Below, piece after piece: positions 59,111 through 64,000 of a stretch of DNA of 64,000 nucleotides. The DNA lies in assembly GCA_965644295.1 (NCBI GenBank), contig CBFFRP010000066.1:1-64000 (forward strand), written 5' to 3'. The translations under genes were made by a program, and so were the position numbers. The DNA is from Paraphysomonas bandaiensis (lineage: Eukaryota; Protista; Chrysophyceae). Under the pieces are notes generated by a model, which did not search any database, was not told the origin of the DNA, and saw only the letters and a list, made by a program, of their open reading frames with translations. Position 1 is the first letter of the stretch. The number at the start of each line of letters is the position of its first letter.

Positions 59111-59987
59111 TCTATTGATAGATTTTAGAATAACTTTCTGAACTATAATCTCATCTCAAAGAAACATTAACATTTTCACACAGAAAATTCAACATTTCAA
59201 GGTGTCAAGGTGCCATTCGCTTGCGAAAATCTAGTCATGACAATCTTAGCTCTGCTAAACAACCTCTCACAAACATTGGTAGTGCTATACGAATACTTCA
59301 TACAACGATATCGTGTTGGAAGTTTGATACGTGCTTTTAGGAGCTTTCGGTTGTCTTTATGGCCTCGTCTTCCTCCTCCTCATCTCTCTCTTCATGATCA
59401 AGTTCACCTTCGTGTGGAGGTACATCATTTATCAAAAAGCGTCGCACCTGTTCTTTTTCAGCGCGGTTCAGTTCTTCTTCCCTACCGCCCTCTCTTGAAA
59501 TCTGCATTTTGAACCATTCCCGCGTCTGCACCCACCAGGTTGAATGAATGGATATCCACACACTTAGAGCAATGTATCGACATGTTACATCTGTAACCTC
59601 TAACATTATTTACGATTCACCAAGTCAATACTTTGTAGTTCAACTGTAATATATTTCGGTTACATTTCTTATCGCTCAACGTAGATATGTCTTTTGAGAA
59701 ACGATTACCATTATAATTATTTACTAATAATCAACTGGAATACGTATGCCTCTCTAAGATAGATCTGTAAAATACGGTGAATACAATGTGAGAAACTGTA
59801 ATATGTAGTCAAAAATACTATATAGCTAACTTAGTAAATCATCCAATTGTGTCATAACTTGACATGGTTGATATGAACGAATTATATTATCATGATGTTG
59901 ATAAAGTTTAACATGGCAACACACAATTGTGTGTGAAATTTAATATTATTATCTATCTAGTTTAACTACTAAAACTTCTCTTAAGAG

Positions 59988-60130
59988 CAGGGCTGCGTAA
60001 CAATTAATTGCAATTTAATTGCAAATGTTTTTTTGAAATTAAATTGCAATTATTAGTTATAGCTCGCGCAATTATAATTGCAATTATTGCAATTAATTGC
60101 AATTTAATTGTGCCAATTATTGTCTAATTA
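59988..60130 (+). mobile_element. hAT-like terminus, copy 2
   Basis: CAGGGCTGCGTAACAATTAATTGCAATT, preceded by CTCTTAAGAG. Confidence 0.6.
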
Positions 60131-60668
60131 ACTTGGTTACTCATTGCAAACACGTATAGCATCTTCAACAGTATGATAATATTATTGACAGAGTATGATA
60201 TTTACATGGTCAAAACTCTAAATATCCAGGTTTTCGTCTGCAAAAAACTGTAGAAAGCCCTGATAATCCATGTCCATAGCGCTGCACATCCACTTCGTAG
60301 TGCAATTTAACCCTGCAGTGTCCTGTAAGGCATCCAAGATCGGAAGAACATGATTGCCACACTATATATATCTTCAACTAGAGGGGTATTGAGCATTACA
60401 TATACACTATGGATCGAGCTGAACTAAGTGAACTAAGTTTTGTTGCTCAAAATCAAGAGTAAAGACACATAATCGACCGTTAAAAAAAACTGTACCTTTC
60501 TTAATGTAAAGAAAACGTTTTAATGAGAGGCCAACCTTCCCACTATTGTACTAGCCATTAAGGGCAATAAATGGTCATCCTCCTTAATGTTTTGCAACTT
60601 CTAATTCTAATATTATATGCTCTTATACTATATAGTTAATAATTGCCAATTAATTGCAATTTAATTAT

Positions 60669-61211
60669 ATATTTCATGGTCCTGTCGCAATGTTCAACGA
60701 TACCTCGTATGGAGGGTTGACCATATTTACTGACTGGGTTAAAACGGGTCGTCCCACAGCACATCACATACACTGCAAAGGTAGTGGTATTTTCCGCGGG
60801 TCTTCTGGAGGGCCGCATGTGCTCAGAGATGGACGGGTTGTGGGGATTCATCTGGAGAGTGGGAGTAAGTCGAAGGAAATAGACGTTGATGAGTTGAAAA
60901 CTGCATCGGGGGATGATGCAATGGAAATAATTTCAAGTACAGTGAACAGCAATGTCAGTAATTTTGCATTGATATATTCATCTTTGTATATTTCAAAGTG
61001 TACTAAATTGGTAGATTGCTTGAGACAATTTGGAATTTTGTCAAGCAGTTGATGATGCACTCTATGATCAACGGGAGTATCATAAACGTAGCGTGGACGA
61101 TGTAGTAACCCGTGATATTCCCAAAATTATATATATTAATAATTAATAATATCATGGATAAAAGGGGGAAGAAACTGTTTTTATATTAATCACGCATCAT
61201 GTATATATATT
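60669..61211 (+). pseudogene. Inverted partial copy of the protease gene (C-terminal half plus 3' flank)
   Basis: Near-identical reverse complement of 61578-62120. Keeps GSSGG but lacks the catalytic His and Asp. Confidence 0.9.
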
Positions 61212-61456
61212 ATGTTATTACCTTGTATTCTTATATGGTGTTCTTTGTCGAACATAGAATTAAGTTCTCCTGACACACGATTAAGAAATCTATTGGCCTC
61301 CAGCAATTACAACGTTGACGAGGAGGTGATAGCAAAAATATATGCTTCTGGCTGGCTGTCAAGTCGGTTGGCAGTAGTTTGTAATGAAAAACAAGCTGCG
61401 TCTTTGTATATTGACAATTGACCATTTCAGACAACAGACAACTAAGATCTCTTAAG

Positions 61457-61562
61457 CAGGGCTGCGTAACAATAAATTGAATTGCAATTACAGTTAATTG
61501 CAATTAATTGTAATTGCAATTAAATTGCATGGAACATACGTAATAATTGCATTTATAATTGC
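61457..61562 (+). mobile_element. hAT-like terminus, copy 3
   Basis: CAGGGCTGCGTAACAAT, preceded by CTCTTAAG. Confidence 0.6.
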
Positions 61563-61736
61563 TCGCTGTAAGGTTGCAATATATATACATGATGCGTGAT
61601 TAATATAAAAACAGTTTCTTCCCCCTTTTATCCATGATATTATTAATTATTAATATATATAATTTTGGGAATATCACGGGTTACTACATCGTCCACGCTA
61701 CGTTTATGATACTCCCGTTGATCATAGAGTGCGTCA

Positions 61737-62865
61737 TCAACTGCTTGACAAAATTCCAAATTGTCTCAAGCAATCTACCAATTTAGTACACTTTGAAATA
61801 TACAAAGATGAATATATCGATGCAAAATTACTGACATTGCTGTTCACTGTACTTGAAATTATTTCTATTGCATCATCCCCCGATGCAGTTTTCAACTCAT
61901 CAACGTCTATTTCCTTCGACTTACTCCCACTCTCCAGATGAATCCCCACAACCCGTCCATCTCTGAGCACATGCGGCCCTCCAGAAGACCCGCGGAAAAT
62001 ACCACTACCTTTGCAGTGTATGTGATGTGCTGTGGGACGACCCGTTTTAGCCCAGTCAGTAAATACGGTCAACTCTCCATTCGAGGTATCGTTGAACATT
62101 GCGACAGGACCATGAAATATCTTGATGTGAATATCTTGTTCAACAGGATCCAGTGATATGGGTATTGCCTCTAGGTTGTCACGTCCATCCTGGAGCTCCA
62201 ACAACGCATAGTCCATTTTAGTGTTATAGCGAATAACCTTGACGGGACGGATATCGTCGTCGAAAACGAGTTTCCCGTTTCTCTTACAAACGGAAAGAGT
62301 AATGGAATACAAGAGATTTCCACGATCCATGAAGTGTTGACACGACAGTAAATACTTCGACGAGATGGCAAAACATGTTCCCACAGGCTGACAGTTGCCT
62401 CTATCACAGATAAAGAACACTGAATTCGGATAAATGGGATTTGGAAGCTCTGACATGGTAACTGTATATACAAAGCATATCATATAAAAATATTCGGGTG
62501 TGGATGGTATGAAATGATGGATGTATGAGTGATTGAGTATACAGTGAACGACTCTGTTTGAAATGCAGCAGTACACACAAACTGAAAAGTTTACCTCTCA
62601 ACTTCTTCTCTTCACGTAACTCCTCCATTCGGTACATATGCTCCTCCTTCCGGCGTAAACTTTCACGTAAAAACTCCTCCTCTTCGTGTAAAAACTTCTT
62701 CTCTTCGTATAAACGTTCAAGTTTACGGCTCCAAAATTGTTTGTCGTCGTCGGCTAGTGCTTTGGCTTCAGTATCTTCAATAGAAGACTCCACCCTTCGA
62801 ATCTGTTCATTAACTTGGTTGATTTCAGTCTCAACACGGTCTATTGCTGCATTGATATCACTCAT
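61737..62865 (-). CDS. Coiled-coil plus trypsin-like serine protease (Crinkler-like architecture); exons 62865-62595, 62461-61737
   Basis: Phase-1 GT-AG intron splices in frame. Triad LSCQH, MDYALL, GSSGGP, then VVGIH. Helical E/K/R-rich N-terminus with no signal peptide. Confidence 0.8.
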
Positions 62866-63001
62866 CTTATATACAGTGATATTAACAATGATAATATGTA
62901 TGTATGTATGTCTAGTCTGTAGAAGAGTGATTGATTCTACTATATGGAGAAGCACGTAGCTAGTAAGATCATTGACCTCGTATGCTATTGTTACGTATCG
63001 G

Positions 63002-63140
63002 CAGTCAGAATCTTATTTTTCGGAAATAAATTGAAGTAAATATTCTTTATATTACTGCAATGAAACTACGGCTGGAATATACATAATTATTGACTCAATA
63101 TTAGAGGCATCTTGGAACAAAAATATACAAAGAATGCTGA
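63002..63140 (+). mobile_element. MITE-like repeat, copy 4
   Basis: Aligns to 24662-24800, including outer ACGTATC...GATACGT. Confidence 0.8.
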
Positions 63141-64000
63141 TACGTACCCCACACTTCGATACAGCAGAAGAAATAATTCTGCCTGTGGGAATAAGTATGT
63201 CGATCCAGCAAAAAAATCGACTTTTTCTCATTATTTCTCTGAAATATATTCGTCAAAAAACAACATGCATCAAAAAAGCCTGGATTTTTTTGCTGTTATT
63301 CCCACAGACAGAATTCGCTCTCTGTGGTCGGCAACAAGTGCGATAATTGTCTGCTTACACGTTTTTCTAAACGGTCGAAACTATGTAAAATTGTGTAAAT
63401 TACGTATTATTAGAGTATGTATTTTGTATATACGGTTGCTGGTATACTGGCAGGGGTGTGTTAGATGTGAGGGTCATGTCACCATACATAGACACACAGA
63501 CAGTCTATTGTGGGGTGAAATTATGACCCAACCTGCAGATTAAAACAAAGGACGATTGATGGAGTCGTTAATGGACTGACTTGACTTCACTGTACCGCAA
63601 GCTTCATGCTGTGCAAGACCAGTACGATGACTTTTAACCGCTTGAGACAACTGATTCATGTGTGTGGTTATTACCATCAGAAGAGACAGTGAAGTGGAAG
63701 AGGGCCCTTACAAGAGGATAAAATACTGCTTGAGTCGTTATTTTGCAGAATGCATGCTCAGTGTGCATCCTGTGAAGTTCTCCCGTTAATTCAAGGATTC
63801 AAGTAATGTGACCGTTAGCTTCTTCAATATCCATCAATTTCTCGTGGTATGTATATTAGTAGGTTCTAAGTAGTAATTGCCGTTAATTTTTACTTCGTAA
63901 GATGTTAATGCGAATACCGTCTTATTTTAATTGAATACATGCTTTGTCTTTTCATAATTGATACAGATCTGCAATATTGCTGGTTTTTATATTATTTCCT

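Noticed and set aside
59337-59606. 89-aa acidic ORF as a gene
   Set aside because: No ATG start or recognisable domain; its upstream DNA matches the cargo of the 19501-22085 element, so it is probably a repeat fragment.

Overview
Eukaryotic nuclear DNA with short GT-AG introns and AT-rich intergenic regions. The gene families suggest a stramenopile, possibly chrysophyte-like (inference). The left 11.3 kb is a retroelement cluster: a chromodomain Ty3/gypsy element with non-canonical features (RT motif IFDN, CCCH finger in Gag, single in-frame UGA between gag and pol, 1.13-kb intron-containing insert in gag), probably nested in a CoDi-like Ty1/copia element. Host genes include a three-exon glutaredoxin + DUF4395 + SLAC1/TehA channel + hemerythrin fusion (the best candidate for an undescribed system), a GARP/Myb-like TF, eIF3j, a giant LRR-PT-REJ-GPS membrane receptor, MAPK15/ERK7, an Orai-like channel, a small zinc-finger gene missed by the ORF track, a four-domain glycosyltransferase, and a coiled-coil/trypsin-like protease with an inverted partial copy. 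Other repeats are a 2.6-kb element bounded by inverted copia-LTR ends with a 5-bp TSD, a 4-copy MITE, hAT-like ends, Harbinger and copia remnants, a possible virophage/Polinton-like gene relic, and (CATA)n microsatellites. All domain calls come from motif recognition by eye; no searches were run.
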